Made by a program: the position numbers and the translations under genes. 64,000 nt of DNA, taken from the IMG/VR virus record IMGVR_UViG_3300025834_000005. The stretch is one strand, 5' to 3'. This DNA is from a virus. Shown one piece after another: positions 50,532-61,200 of this stretch. The notes beneath the pieces are model-generated. The model searched no databases. It was not told the DNA's origin and saw nothing but the letters and a program-made list of their open reading frames with translations. Every line of letters begins with the position of its first letter. Within the stretch, counting starts at the first letter, position 1.

Positions 50532-52070
50532 TTATTCAGGTATATTTGAATTTAAATGCGCAACTAATCCGAGTTTATCATTCCATATGAAAGCATCGGC
50601 GGCTTTAACTGCTCCAATGAAACCTTTCTTATGATGCCATTCCTCAGTACCTGTTAATGATGATAAGTAACGTATAATAACGCCTTGTTCCTCATTAATA
50701 ACAGTGTCTCTGTTGAAATCAACGCCATGTCTGTAAGTTTTCTTTCTATGTTGGTGACCTAAATGCCATTCATGAAATCTTGTCTCACTCCACATTTTCT
50801 TAGATTCAATATCATTTGCCATAATTAATGGTAATGATGCTTCTTTTTCTTCGCTACCATGAGTAAAACCAAGTAATACTTCATGATATTTATAATATTT
50901 ACGTGGCGATGCACCGTTATCAATTGTCACCTGTGTGTCGTTATTAAACCATGCTTTTAGAACCGAGCCAAGATAAAAACTTCTTTCAAAGTCGTGATTT
51001 CCAGGGATTACAAGGACATCAATCGGAACTCCTTGTTCTTTCAACAAATAAATTGCGTCAGCTAATAAGGTAACTCCAACCTCAAATGTTTTCTGCCAGC
51101 GTAAATCTTCGTCCTGTTGTGTACCATGAGTTGTTGTATTGTTCATGTTATCACTATTGAAAAAGTCATTGCCGATAGGAAATAGAATACGTTCGTATTT
51201 GAATGTAGAGGCGTGTTTAAGCAACTTATTAATAGCATACATAAAACGTTCACGTGCTATCTTTGTATCGTAATTTTCACCTGTTTCGCCGTTCCAACCT
51301 AATTTTCCAATGTGAAGGTCGAATAAAGATATTTCCAACAAGTTGTGATCCTCATTAGGGTCGTTTGATATTGTTTTTACGTCTACTTGGGGTACGGTGT
51401 ATTTGCTAATTACGCCTTCAATTATTTCACCGACATTAATGGCTTTGAAAAGAGGCATGTTTCTTTCAAGTCTTGCTTTAACTTGAAAATTCTGAGCAGT
51501 AACTGGCGTCATTGTTTTAAATGATGTTACATCCCATTTATTAACAGTATAATCTTTAACAGCCCACATTTCCATATCAACCTCTGCGGCTTTCAATAGT
51601 TCGTCAAGTGTTTTAATATGTCCATTGGGATAGTTACTGCCATTTTTCCAGTCAATATCAGCGACATTCCCCTGTACTTCGAATTTAAGCTGTTCATTAG
51701 TGGCGACAGGTAAATCTGTTGGTTTAGATTGCTTCACATCCTTGTTAAGCGTAATTACTGGACTATATTGTCCAGATGGAACGCCATTAGGACAATATGA
51801 ATTATCTCCATATACAGGCATATTATTCGTAGTAATAGTGGCTTCGATTTTACAGACCTTTTCTAAATATTCATCATACTTATCCATGAATAGTTTATAA
51901 TCTTGCAGTGCTATTGTTTTTTTATTGAATTTATCGATAACCTTACGTTTCACATTTTTAACATATGTATCAGCGTATCCTGATTTGATCGATGCTGTGG
52001 TAAGTGATATGTTATTATTGATTGCGGAATCAATAACCTCAATTCCTTTTAATATTCTATCTCTAATCAT
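50532..52070 (-). CDS. calcineurin-like metallophosphoesterase with an N-terminal HTH-like region
   Basis: LFDLHIGK, PIGNDFF, VIPGNHDFE, GFTHGSE, WHLGHQH. Confidence 0.5.
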   Translation of the reverse strand: MIRDRILKGIEVIDSAINNNISLTTASIKSGYADTYVKNVKRKVIDKFNKKTIALQDYKLFMDKYDEYLEKVCKIEATITTNNMPVYGDNSYCPNGVPSGQYSPVITLNKDVKQSKPTDLPVATNEQLKFEVQGNVADIDWKNGSNYPNGHIKTLDELLKAAEVDMEMWAVKDYTVNKWDVTSFKTMTPVTAQNFQVKARLERNMPLFKAINVGEIIEGVISKYTVPQVDVKTISNDPNEDHNLLEISLFDLHIGKLGWNGETGENYDTKIARERFMYAINKLLKHASTFKYERILFPIGNDFFNSDNMNNTTTHGTQQDEDLRWQKTFEVGVTLLADAIYLLKEQGVPIDVLVIPGNHDFERSFYLGSVLKAWFNNDTQVTIDNGASPRKYYKYHEVLLGFTHGSEEKEASLPLIMANDIESKKMWSETRFHEWHLGHQHRKKTYRHGVDFNRDTVINEEQGVIIRYLSSLTGTEEWHHKKGFIGAVKAADAFIWNDKLGLVAHLNSNIPE

Positions 52071-52087
52071 TATTTATTAATTTTGTG

Positions 52088-52095
52088 CAAAAATA
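52088..52095 (-). promoter_or_regulatory. TAnnTTTG (Bacteroidetes -7-like) motif
   Basis: Minus strand TATTTTTG, 17 nt upstream of ATG 52070. Confidence 0.35.
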
Positions 52096-52132
52096 ATTTA
52101 TTTATTCGTATAAAACAAGTAAAATTATAAAT

Positions 52133-52438
52133 CTATATGAATGTATTACCCATTAAGCGTAAATTTTTTATAGATTCATCGATAATTTTACAGTTCTTTA
52201 TGAAGTCAACTTCCTCAGATATAGATAAATCAAACCACTCGCCATTTTGCCGAGCATGCATATATTTATTATGCAACCCAGCTTCTATTAATGATGCGTT
52301 TGATGACTCATATGATTCAATCATCCTTAGTTTCTCTGGGTTGCCAGTGTTTAGTTGATCAATTCTTTTATTAGGGTTAATAGATATTCCTATCTTATAC
52401 TTTCCGTCATTAGACCTAATCAAATATACTTTTTTCAT
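52133..52438 (-). CDS. T5orf172/MUG113-type GIY-YIG superfamily protein
   Basis: VYLIRSNDGKYKIGISINPNKRIDQLNTGNP...LHNKYMHARQNGEWFDL. Confidence 0.65.
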   Translation of the reverse strand: MKKVYLIRSNDGKYKIGISINPNKRIDQLNTGNPEKLRMIESYESSNASLIEAGLHNKYMHARQNGEWFDLSISEEVDFIKNCKIIDESIKNLRLMGNTFI

Positions 52439-53047
52439 TTATTTTATTATTCCAATTATTTTCAATCCAGCATATCCAACACAATATGAGTCACTCATAT
52501 CATAATTAATATCCTTTATTTTACCGTTCTTATCAAGTATCCACTCGATATGAGGCTCTAATCTCGCAACTTTTTGACGAATATATTCTTTTTTCTGATC
52601 CTTCCAAGCAGCTGGGAACGATAATACTTCGACAATAATACCTTTTTTCTTCTCAGAGTGTACGAATTCAGATAAGAAAAGTTTCCTACTATCAGCAACG
52701 GATATCTTCATGGCATACACATCAAATACTTCATGTAGAATATAACGACACATACCATTGAAACTGTGTAGCAAAGCAACTGTAAAAGCGTTATTACTTC
52801 CGCCGATAGGTTCTTCGATCACAATATTGACAATAGTTCCATTTAATTCAGTCTCAATCCTTTTTTTATAGGCTATACAATAATTTTTGAAATTATTAGC
52901 CTTGTGAATATCTCTGGTTTCTTTCGGGACGGACTTTTCGACATTCAATATTAAATGCTTCATTTCGATCAGCTTACCTTCCGAATTCCATAATGCAGAC
53001 CCAACATTAGTTGTTGATAAATCTAACGACCATATATATTTTTCCAT
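52439..53047 (-). CDS. RuvC-like Holliday junction resolvase
   Basis: IWSLDLSTTNVG (Asp), VIEEPIGG (Glu), YDMSDSYCVGYAG (C-terminal Asp). Confidence 0.5.
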   Translation of the reverse strand: MEKYIWSLDLSTTNVGSALWNSEGKLIEMKHLILNVEKSVPKETRDIHKANNFKNYCIAYKKRIETELNGTIVNIVIEEPIGGSNNAFTVALLHSFNGMCRYILHEVFDVYAMKISVADSRKLFLSEFVHSEKKKGIIVEVLSFPAAWKDQKKEYIRQKVARLEPHIEWILDKNGKIKDINYDMSDSYCVGYAGLKIIGIIK

Positions 53048-53049
53048 TT

Positions 53050-53250
53050 TTAGATTTTTTTAGATTTATCAAGTTCTTCAGTTAATTCATTACATTGCTT
53101 AGGATTATAAAGGTATAAAGCGATTAAATCACTCACTACCGATCCGATTTTCAAACCCCTACCCATACAATAAAGCTTCAATTTACCATGAAGTTTTCCA
53201 TCAATTATAATTGATTTTTGTTTATTTTTATCATCTTTTATAGTATTCAT
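53050..53250 (-). CDS. small protein, possible ribbon-helix-helix DNA binder
   Basis: SIIIDGKLHGKLKLYC..GLKIGSVVSDLIALYL; weak. Confidence 0.35.
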   Translation of the reverse strand: MNTIKDDKNKQKSIIIDGKLHGKLKLYCMGRGLKIGSVVSDLIALYLYNPKQCNELTEELDKSKKI

Positions 53251-53265
53251 TATATATATTTAAAA

Positions 53266-53273
53266 ATAAATAC
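53266..53273 (-). promoter_or_regulatory. GTATTTAT motif copy
   Basis: Minus strand ATTACAAGTATTTATTTTTAA, 15 nt upstream of ATG 53250. Confidence 0.4.
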
Positions 53274-53306
53274 TTGTAATTTATAAAAAAATATAAAAAT
53301 TTACAC

Positions 53307-53855
53307 TTATTTATGAAATAGTATGTTTTTTAATTCACTCTCAATGCTATTCGCTCTTTTAAACGCATCCATTTCATATTCACGGTTTTCATAAGGAACT
53401 TCGAATAAATGTATAGTATCGTTCATCCATATGTTATACTTATCTGATACTGATGGCGATGGCACTATTAAAAAGCCTTTTTCCATCTGGTCAAAATGAA
53501 CCAACTCATGTGATAGTAACGAGTATATATTATATTCTTTATATTTTGATGATATGTATATGTTGTAAGTATGGTTAACATACTCAACTTTGGTGATGAA
53601 GCCATATATTTGAATATTGTCACCGTTAAATACCTTTGGCATGTAAAATACATTAAAAGTAGCTGTATCATACTTCAATATCTTATTAACGATGGTCATG
53701 ATAATAGTATCGGCTAACTTAGCATCAGTATAATTATTTATAACGATTGCCGTTGGGAATTGAAGAACTGCTCTCTTTTTAGGCTTGCTTGTGAAGATTA
53801 TAATAGCGATTATTATTAAGATTATCGCTATTATTAAGTACCAAATTTTTTTCAT
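53307..53855 (-). CDS. membrane-anchored zinc metallopeptidase-like protein (HExxH)
   Basis: N-terminal IWYLIIAIILIIIAIIIF; LLSHELVHFDQ. Confidence 0.45.
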   Translation of the reverse strand: MKKIWYLIIAIILIIIAIIIFTSKPKKRAVLQFPTAIVINNYTDAKLADTIIMTIVNKILKYDTATFNVFYMPKVFNGDNIQIYGFITKVEYVNHTYNIYISSKYKEYNIYSLLSHELVHFDQMEKGFLIVPSPSVSDKYNIWMNDTIHLFEVPYENREYEMDAFKRANSIESELKNILFHK

Positions 53856-53866
53856 ATGTAATTTAA

Positions 53867-54589
53867 TTAAAAGTCTATTCCAAATACAAGTGTTCTTGCT
53901 ATTGATGAATCTTTAGAAACTGGATAATTTAACTTAGCTATTGCTACAAGCTCTTTGTCAGAATTATATATGCCCACTTCGGATATCATTAACGTAGATA
54001 ATCCATCCCATGTTTTATTAGTTGTTATATTAAATTCATTCAAAGGCAAATGTATATCTATCTCAGTGCAATGTGCAATCGCTTCAATATGCGTCTTAAC
54101 ATTACCAAAGAAAATTTCCTCGTCGCCAAAATTCAAAGTGCTACCATTAATAAAAGGTGTTGAATAGTCAATATAGCCTAAATCATAGTAGTCAGCCTCA
54201 GTGTATCTATTTAAAGATATTTTAAAAATGGTTTGAATTAAATTAACAGCTAAAATATCGTCCCCAGCGGTATAAAATTTAATCTGATCTGTAACAGGAT
54301 ATATTCTCCACTCTTTTGAGTCGGCGATAACATCATTCAAGCTATTGAATGATGAATTATCAACAACCTGAATAAGAATCTCCATTTGTTTAGCTCTATA
54401 GCCTATAACGCCACTACTATCGGTTAGAAATTTAAAGTCATTAATATCCTCGAAATACAAACTAACATCCTTATTAAAAGGAGTGTCAATCTGCATTTTA
54501 TTTATATAGTTACAGTGAATCGCATCACCGTAACCATATTTAACGTCTGTTAAGAATCTATAAGAAAAAAATACTGTATGTCCTGTCAT
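53867..54589 (-). CDS. hypothetical protein (virion-module context)
   Basis: ORF track. Confidence 0.5.
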   Translation of the reverse strand: MTGHTVFFSYRFLTDVKYGYGDAIHCNYINKMQIDTPFNKDVSLYFEDINDFKFLTDSSGVIGYRAKQMEILIQVVDNSSFNSLNDVIADSKEWRIYPVTDQIKFYTAGDDILAVNLIQTIFKISLNRYTEADYYDLGYIDYSTPFINGSTLNFGDEEIFFGNVKTHIEAIAHCTEIDIHLPLNEFNITTNKTWDGLSTLMISEVGIYNSDKELVAIAKLNYPVSKDSSIARTLVFGIDF

Positions 54590-54605
54590 TTTATATTTGT
54601 TTTAT

Positions 54606-57029
54606 TTATGCTGGTGGGCAACTAAATGGATCGCCAGAAACTCTTGTAACGCTTATGTTTGTACCCAACATTGGGTCGAAGAGATATCCGCTTGTTACAA
54701 CGTAAAATACGCCTGTCGCTCCCTCAACCCTCATACCATCGCTTAGATCATTCGTTGGTCGAGGCCCTGTGTAATAGGTAGTACCGTTTGGAATACATTT
54801 TGATAACGCATGCCAATATTGCCGAGGCGCAGCCGTAGTTGTGGGTGCTAATGTTGTTGTAGTTATCGGCGTTGTTGTACAATCAACATAAGCACCATCA
54901 ATACAATTTTTACCCCAGATATCACTACATATAATAGATGTTGCACCAAAATCAACTATGGCTGAGACTATTGTTACAATTGCTGAGCCTGATTTTGCAT
55001 TTAAACCGCCAACACAATCAATCTGAGCATCAACTTTAATCATGCTGATGTTCGTAATACCTGTGATAACAATACTTCCAGATGATGTTTGCACATCAGA
55101 CTGTTCAGTAGGAAAATTACCGCCGCTTACAGTTGCTGTAACAGTGTCTCGTTCAATCCAATTAACGCCATTATCGATGCTATATAACATTCTTGTGGTC
55201 GCCTGATTAGCGTCAGCACCGCTTGTGCCCACATTATCACACGATGCATCAATCACGTAATCCAACGTCACTGTAAATGTTTGACCAAGCGAATTTAACT
55301 CTTCGATAACACCGCCAGAATTAAAGAAATGTATTCGACTTACTGGTGCTACCGTTGTAGGTGCTAACGTGGTTGTAGGTGCTACAGTTGTGGTTGCAGG
55401 TGACAATGTTGTGGTTGCAGGTGGCAATGTTGTCGTTGTGGTTGTTGTGGTTGGCGGCAATGTTGTCGTTGTGGTAACTGGTTGAATTATTGTAACAGTG
55501 TTACCAGTTACTTTACAATCATGTACGCCAAGATCATATAAATATGACGAATATACACCACCTGTCAAATTTGTTAAAGTAATACCAGAAGCTAAAATAG
55601 GCTGGAAGTAAATTCTATTAGAACCCTCATAAACTTCAAGTAATAAGGTTGAATCCGATACATTCTGTATATTATATACACTTAACGTACCGTCACCGTA
55701 TATAGTTGGTGTATTGCCGCTAACCTCGAAAGATGCTTGACATGATGGACAGTTACTTATAACGCTGTTAAGTCCAACACGATAATCAGGTAGAGTCCAT
55801 GATCTATTTGCCTTGTAAGACATTGCAAATAATAATTCCTGATCTTCAATTACGAATAGTTTTAAATTATTCAATATTTTGCCAACGATATTATTATTAT
55901 CATCGGCTAAGTCATAATATGCTGTATTTAAGCCATCAAGTTTTTTTGACGCTCCAAATGCTTTTAAATTAACACCAAGGGTTGTACCACTGGCTTTATG
56001 CCACATTATTGTTGGAATATATAATTCAGGTGTGTTTCTGTAAAAACCCTCACCATATTGATTTGACGGCGAAGAATTTGTATAATGAATAACACCCATT
56101 TTTCTTATAATAGCACTCTGATTCTGAATATATGAGACAAAACCAGCATATTCAGAGGTTTTAAATTCTGGATATTTAGTAGTTCCAGTTATAGCACCAG
56201 CAATATTTTCAGTGTATAAGATAGACATTTTCCAATAAGGAAATGCAGGCATATCGCACTGAGCATTACTATAAAAAGACAAAACAGCATCTGATAGGTA
56301 ATCAACAGAGTCGTAAATCGTTGAGCCGCTATATGAATTATAGAATACTATTACACCTGCATAGCTGCCAACGCCATCATTAATATAACTCGGTAACGAT
56401 CTATCGACAGTAACCTCCAAATCATCACCACTCAATGTACCACTTATTACATCTTCAATTTTATAGAATAGATACGGCTTAGGATTTGTTATTTCGACAG
56501 TATTATTTAAAGTGTCACCATTATGGTTATTCATTTTTATCATAACCATATCACCAATGGATGGTTCAGGAGAACCCACTACATAGTTTACAGATTTATA
56601 TAGCTTTAATGTATTACTACCTATTAATTCGCTTAATAATACTTTAGCATTAGGCTGTTTAACATATTCAGTGCTCGTTTTAATGGTTACTGTCCCACCG
56701 CTATCAATATTAAAAAATCCCACTGAATCAATAGTATTCTCAACGATCATCGGATATGACGGTACACTTGTTATAGCATTGAATTCAGTGCTTCCACTTG
56801 TATTTGTGATAAATGATATTAAATCAGGATTCTTATCGGCTGGTCTTAAAATAGAAGGCGAATATGTCGGGTCAAATACCGTCGAAGCTTTAATTAGATT
56901 ATAATCAATCTCACTATCGCCAACAGCAAAATAATCAAAAGTTAACTTACCTTTTGATAGTAATTCTCTCCCTTTTGTTGTTAATTTTATACTTAATACT
57001 GTGGGATCATTTTTTTCAATAAATGCCAT
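54606..57029 (-). CDS. tail fibre / receptor-binding-like protein with Thr/Pro-rich linkers
   Basis: 807 aa; TTTTTLPPTTTTTTTTLPPATTTLSPATTTVAPTTTLAPTTVAP and TTTPITTTTLAPTTTAAP linkers between beta-rich segments. Confidence 0.55.
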   Translation of the reverse strand: MAFIEKNDPTVLSIKLTTKGRELLSKGKLTFDYFAVGDSEIDYNLIKASTVFDPTYSPSILRPADKNPDLISFITNTSGSTEFNAITSVPSYPMIVENTIDSVGFFNIDSGGTVTIKTSTEYVKQPNAKVLLSELIGSNTLKLYKSVNYVVGSPEPSIGDMVMIKMNNHNGDTLNNTVEITNPKPYLFYKIEDVISGTLSGDDLEVTVDRSLPSYINDGVGSYAGVIVFYNSYSGSTIYDSVDYLSDAVLSFYSNAQCDMPAFPYWKMSILYTENIAGAITGTTKYPEFKTSEYAGFVSYIQNQSAIIRKMGVIHYTNSSPSNQYGEGFYRNTPELYIPTIMWHKASGTTLGVNLKAFGASKKLDGLNTAYYDLADDNNNIVGKILNNLKLFVIEDQELLFAMSYKANRSWTLPDYRVGLNSVISNCPSCQASFEVSGNTPTIYGDGTLSVYNIQNVSDSTLLLEVYEGSNRIYFQPILASGITLTNLTGGVYSSYLYDLGVHDCKVTGNTVTIIQPVTTTTTLPPTTTTTTTTLPPATTTLSPATTTVAPTTTLAPTTVAPVSRIHFFNSGGVIEELNSLGQTFTVTLDYVIDASCDNVGTSGADANQATTRMLYSIDNGVNWIERDTVTATVSGGNFPTEQSDVQTSSGSIVITGITNISMIKVDAQIDCVGGLNAKSGSAIVTIVSAIVDFGATSIICSDIWGKNCIDGAYVDCTTTPITTTTLAPTTTAAPRQYWHALSKCIPNGTTYYTGPRPTNDLSDGMRVEGATGVFYVVTSGYLFDPMLGTNISVTRVSGDPFSCPPA
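55344..55482 (-). repeat. imperfect tandem repeats encoding the Thr/Pro/Ala linker
   Basis: Repeated caatgttgtggttgcaggtg and ggcaatgttgtcgttgtggt units on the + strand. Confidence 0.7.
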
Positions 57030-57044
57030 ATATTCTATTTTTTA

Positions 57045-57052
57045 ATAAATAC
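57045..57052 (-). promoter_or_regulatory. GTATTTAT motif copy
   Basis: Minus strand TTTATAGTATTTATTAAAAAATAG, 15 nt upstream of ATG 57029. Confidence 0.45.
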
Positions 57053-57067
57053 TATAAACTTTAATAG

Positions 57068-57322
57068 TTATGTGATTGAATCTGCCAAAAGACTATCAAT
57101 ATCCTTTTTTGATTCAACTCCAACGTAATTTAAAAAATTAAGTACACGAAATTCATAGTCTGCATCTGAAAGAGCAGCCGCACTATCCATTGTTAATGCT
57201 ATAAACGTTACATTATCAAATACAAAAGCACCCATTAAATCATACGAGCTGGAAGTATACTTTCCGCCAATACAATGACTTCTCAAATCTGTTAACGTTA
57301 ATAAATATTTTCGATTACCCAT
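57068..57322 (-). CDS. hypothetical protein
   Basis: ORF track. Confidence 0.45.
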   Translation of the reverse strand: MGNRKYLLTLTDLRSHCIGGKYTSSSYDLMGAFVFDNVTFIALTMDSAAALSDADYEFRVLNFLNYVGVESKKDIDSLLADSIT

Positions 57323-57327
57323 ATAGT

Positions 57328-58248
57328 TTAAAATATTAAATTTTTAAAGTTTATCTCAGTTTCTTTAATCTCTTTCACGTAATTGTATGAACAGTGTTTC
57401 TCGCTACAGCTAATACTCTTATTAAAAGGAGATAATTGGTGAGCTGTTTTCATAAATAGCACACCATTATTCTCGGTAACGCCAGCATTATGAAATATCT
57501 GGCATTCATACCATCTATGAATACCGTCAGTAGCCCATGCAAAATCAAGACCTTTATCAATTTTAACCTCGTGATTAAAATATATTGCATTCCATAAAAC
57601 AGCCCACATATCAGCAGTCCAAGCCTGTATAGGATAATTTGGTGAATATATTTTAGACGTTGACACCATATATTCGTACAATGTCTCGGAATCTCTTTCA
57701 CATTTTCTCCAAAATTCAGCATCAACATTTTTTATCATATATTGTGCACCGCCAGCATTTTTATCATTACTCTCAATAACAGATGGCGATACGCCAACAA
57801 TATCACACATACCCTTAAATAACTCAACGCTTTTACTTTTTATATAATTACTATCAATGTATGAACGTGTATCACTAAGATACCATATATTATCATGATC
57901 ATACTTACTTAAGTCCATTTTCTCAGTAAATATAACATCAGGGTCTGTAAAGAAAAATGTCTCTTTATTTAAAAATGGAAACATTTCAAAGAATTGAGCT
58001 AATATATTATGCCTAAATGATACACCGTATTTAGTATTTTTACGCTGATCTTCATAGAAATGAAAGTTACATTTGATTGAACTATCAGCAGCTATTTTCA
58101 ACATATTGTTGTTATACTTAGCTCCCTTGTGCTTTCCTACAACGTATATAACATCTTGCTCAATCCCTAATTTTCTAAAATTATTTATCTGAACCAAAAT
58201 CTGCCATACATAGTAATTATTATCTGGTAATGCTATTAATATCTTCAT
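57328..58248 (-). CDS. possible GT-A-type glycosyltransferase
   Basis: N-terminal MKILIALPDNNYY.. Rossmann-like start and FFFTDPDVIF (DxD-like); weak. Confidence 0.3.
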   Translation of the reverse strand: MKILIALPDNNYYVWQILVQINNFRKLGIEQDVIYVVGKHKGAKYNNNMLKIAADSSIKCNFHFYEDQRKNTKYGVSFRHNILAQFFEMFPFLNKETFFFTDPDVIFTEKMDLSKYDHDNIWYLSDTRSYIDSNYIKSKSVELFKGMCDIVGVSPSVIESNDKNAGGAQYMIKNVDAEFWRKCERDSETLYEYMVSTSKIYSPNYPIQAWTADMWAVLWNAIYFNHEVKIDKGLDFAWATDGIHRWYECQIFHNAGVTENNGVLFMKTAHQLSPFNKSISCSEKHCSYNYVKEIKETEINFKNLIF

Positions 58249-58258
58249 AAATTAATTT

Positions 58259-61200
58259 TTATACTGATGGTGTTAATGTGTCATTGCCGTTTATGTATCC
58301 TAAACCTGTTGAAATCGTGTATGTTAATGTTGCAACACGATCACCACTACTAAGTGCTTTAACAGGATAACCTGTAGAAAGCACAACTGTTGAGGTTGAA
58401 TCGATATTATACGTACTTGTATATCCAGTATTTATAAAATTATATCCAGTACCCGTATCAGCCTGTCTAATCATTGTACCGCCTTTATATAAGGATGCTG
58501 CGACATTTACGGCTGTAGTGCCACTCACGCCATACCAAAATGCTCTCGCATCGACTACAATTGTATCTTCTAACGGATACAATGTTTTAAAATTTATTAA
58601 ATCGATTTTTACAGCCTCAAAACCAATACCCATATTATCGCCACCCCATGTTAGAATTGGAATTCCTGTTGAGGGATAAATAGTCCTTCCTGACCCAGAT
58701 GACCCAGATGGAACGCCCCATCCAAGATAATCTTGCTGAGTTGATTGTCCAATATTAGGACTAACAATTCGAGTCCTTGTATCTAAATCACTACCATCGG
58801 TAAATTGATAGGTTAATACCATATAATCAGCATCAAATACAAATGCGCCAACTATTGTTGAACCTGTTACTGAGCATCCCATACTATCAGTAACCATAAT
58901 CATAATTTCTGATCCACCTGATAAGCCTGTAGATGTGTTAGTTGCCGATGAACTATTTAAAGTATACTGACCAACACTCCAAACATAATCATATGGAGAT
59001 GATCCTCCAACAACTGCTACGGTTGCCGTTCCGTCAGAAGCACCAACAGTGGTTGGGTTTGTTGATGTGAACGATATAGTCATAGGATTACTCACACATG
59101 GCGATACTGTTGTGGTGGTTGTGGTGGTTGTGGTGGTTACAACATCGTCAAGCCATTCGTATAACGGCATAGGCTGTAATTTTTTTATAATACTGCCATC
59201 ATCGCCAAGATATTTGAAATTGTAATCAGTATTAAAAACCGTAGCATTTTCAGTATCGCCAGATAATGCGATCATGCCCATATAAGCACCTCTACGATAA
59301 GCGAATTTCTGTTTCGTAAACATACTGTTTCGAACAATCATGCCACTTTTTCTTAATATAATTGTCGGTGATAATAATTTGTCAACGAATTTATGAAAGA
59401 AAGCATTATATTTGTTAAGGAATGCATATAGATTTGAAAAAGTATAGCCATTGGAGTGATTCAGATCATCAACCTGCGATAGTCCATTTTTTAAATAATC
59501 CAAATAAACTTTCAGCAAAGATGGATACCATCCGCCTTTGCCGTCTGTAATTGTTTTACGATTCTTAGCATTAATTAAATTTTTCTGAGTCTGATCAATA
59601 AAATCCATGAATGATAATTGTGTTATATTATCAATACCGTATACCTTATAGGTATTTAAATAATAAACACTAAAAACGGTATAATGTGCGATTGGTTGTG
59701 TTAACACAATCTTATAAGGATTAGATATATCCATATAATAATCACTATTAACGGCAAGACCAATACCGTTCATCAATATTTTTATATCACTTGGCTTATT
59801 TACCCTGTAATTAATCATTAAAACATACTTACCAATGGTGGTATCGAAGAATACTTTACTATTATCACTTGAGTTATAGTAAAGTATTTCATTATCCATA
59901 TTGACTGTATTATTTGAAACTATCACAAATGTAACCTGAACAATAGGGTCTATAATAAGGTAATCAGTAAAGAATGAATTCAGTATCAGTATCTGCGTAG
60001 GGTCACTCGGATTAATCTTATAATCACCATCAATTCCTGTTCCAGTTCCAGCATTTATCAATTCAATACCGTTAATTGTTAGCTGAACCTTTCCATTAGG
60101 TTCTGATGGTAGTTGTAGAATTGTTCCCACAGCATTTGCAGATACTCTTGTTGAAATATATCTAACAAGTGTATCATTGGCTACCAAACTATTTTTATAG
60201 ATGTATGTTATCTCAACAACATCATCACTTCCAGATACAGGATTGTTTAAAGTAACGACATTTCCAGATAATGAATAGTCAATGTCATATGATGTAGTGC
60301 CAGTATTTCCACTTCTATTGGTACTTAATAGAATACCGTTAAATCTAACCTCAACATCACCCTCTGGCATATAAGGCAACGTAAATACAGTGTCGCTATT
60401 ACTATGATCTAATGATAAATTTATAAAAAAATTAGAATCTGGAATAGCATTTGTTTTAGCATATGAAAACATATCATACTCAATACCTCTGGCAACGTCT
60501 AATCCGACATCGACTTCTTTGGTATTTAAAACAAGTCTACTATCTTCCTGATAATATTGAGGAGTTGACTGATGTGAACGAATTGTCTCGCCAGACTGTA
60601 CCCATGATTTTTTATTATCAATTGTCTGATAAAGATCAAAGCCAGCTTTTCTAAAAACATTCATATAATCCTGTCCACTATCCGTATTACCAGACACCTG
60701 AAAATAGAAGTCATTAGTTTCCAAAGGCGCAACAGGATATCCGTTAACATCAAATGGTAATGAATTCGTAGGATAATTCTGTTTTATTCTTAATGGTGAA
60801 TTTTCTGCGGGGTTAATTTTACCATCAACAGTATAAACATATTCAGTTATATTAATAAATGGCTCAGGAATACCTATAAGTAAAAATATAGACTTGATAG
60901 CATCCCTTGTGCCTTTTGATTTCCAATAATAGTTGGTGTTAATTAAAATTCGTCTCCAAACCTCGATATCTATTTCAAGAGGCAATAAATCGGAATTTAA
61001 ATTTCTTTCCTTATCATCAACAGATAATAAGCTATTCATTAAATCAACCTCATTGGTAATTGGGAAATAATCCCAGCCAAATGTTTGAGCTAAATTTGAA
61101 ACGAATGCATCAGGAACATTGTCCTTCTTATCATATGACACACGATTAACATACTGTAACGAATCCACAAATATTCTGAGTTGATCAAACTCATAGCCAT

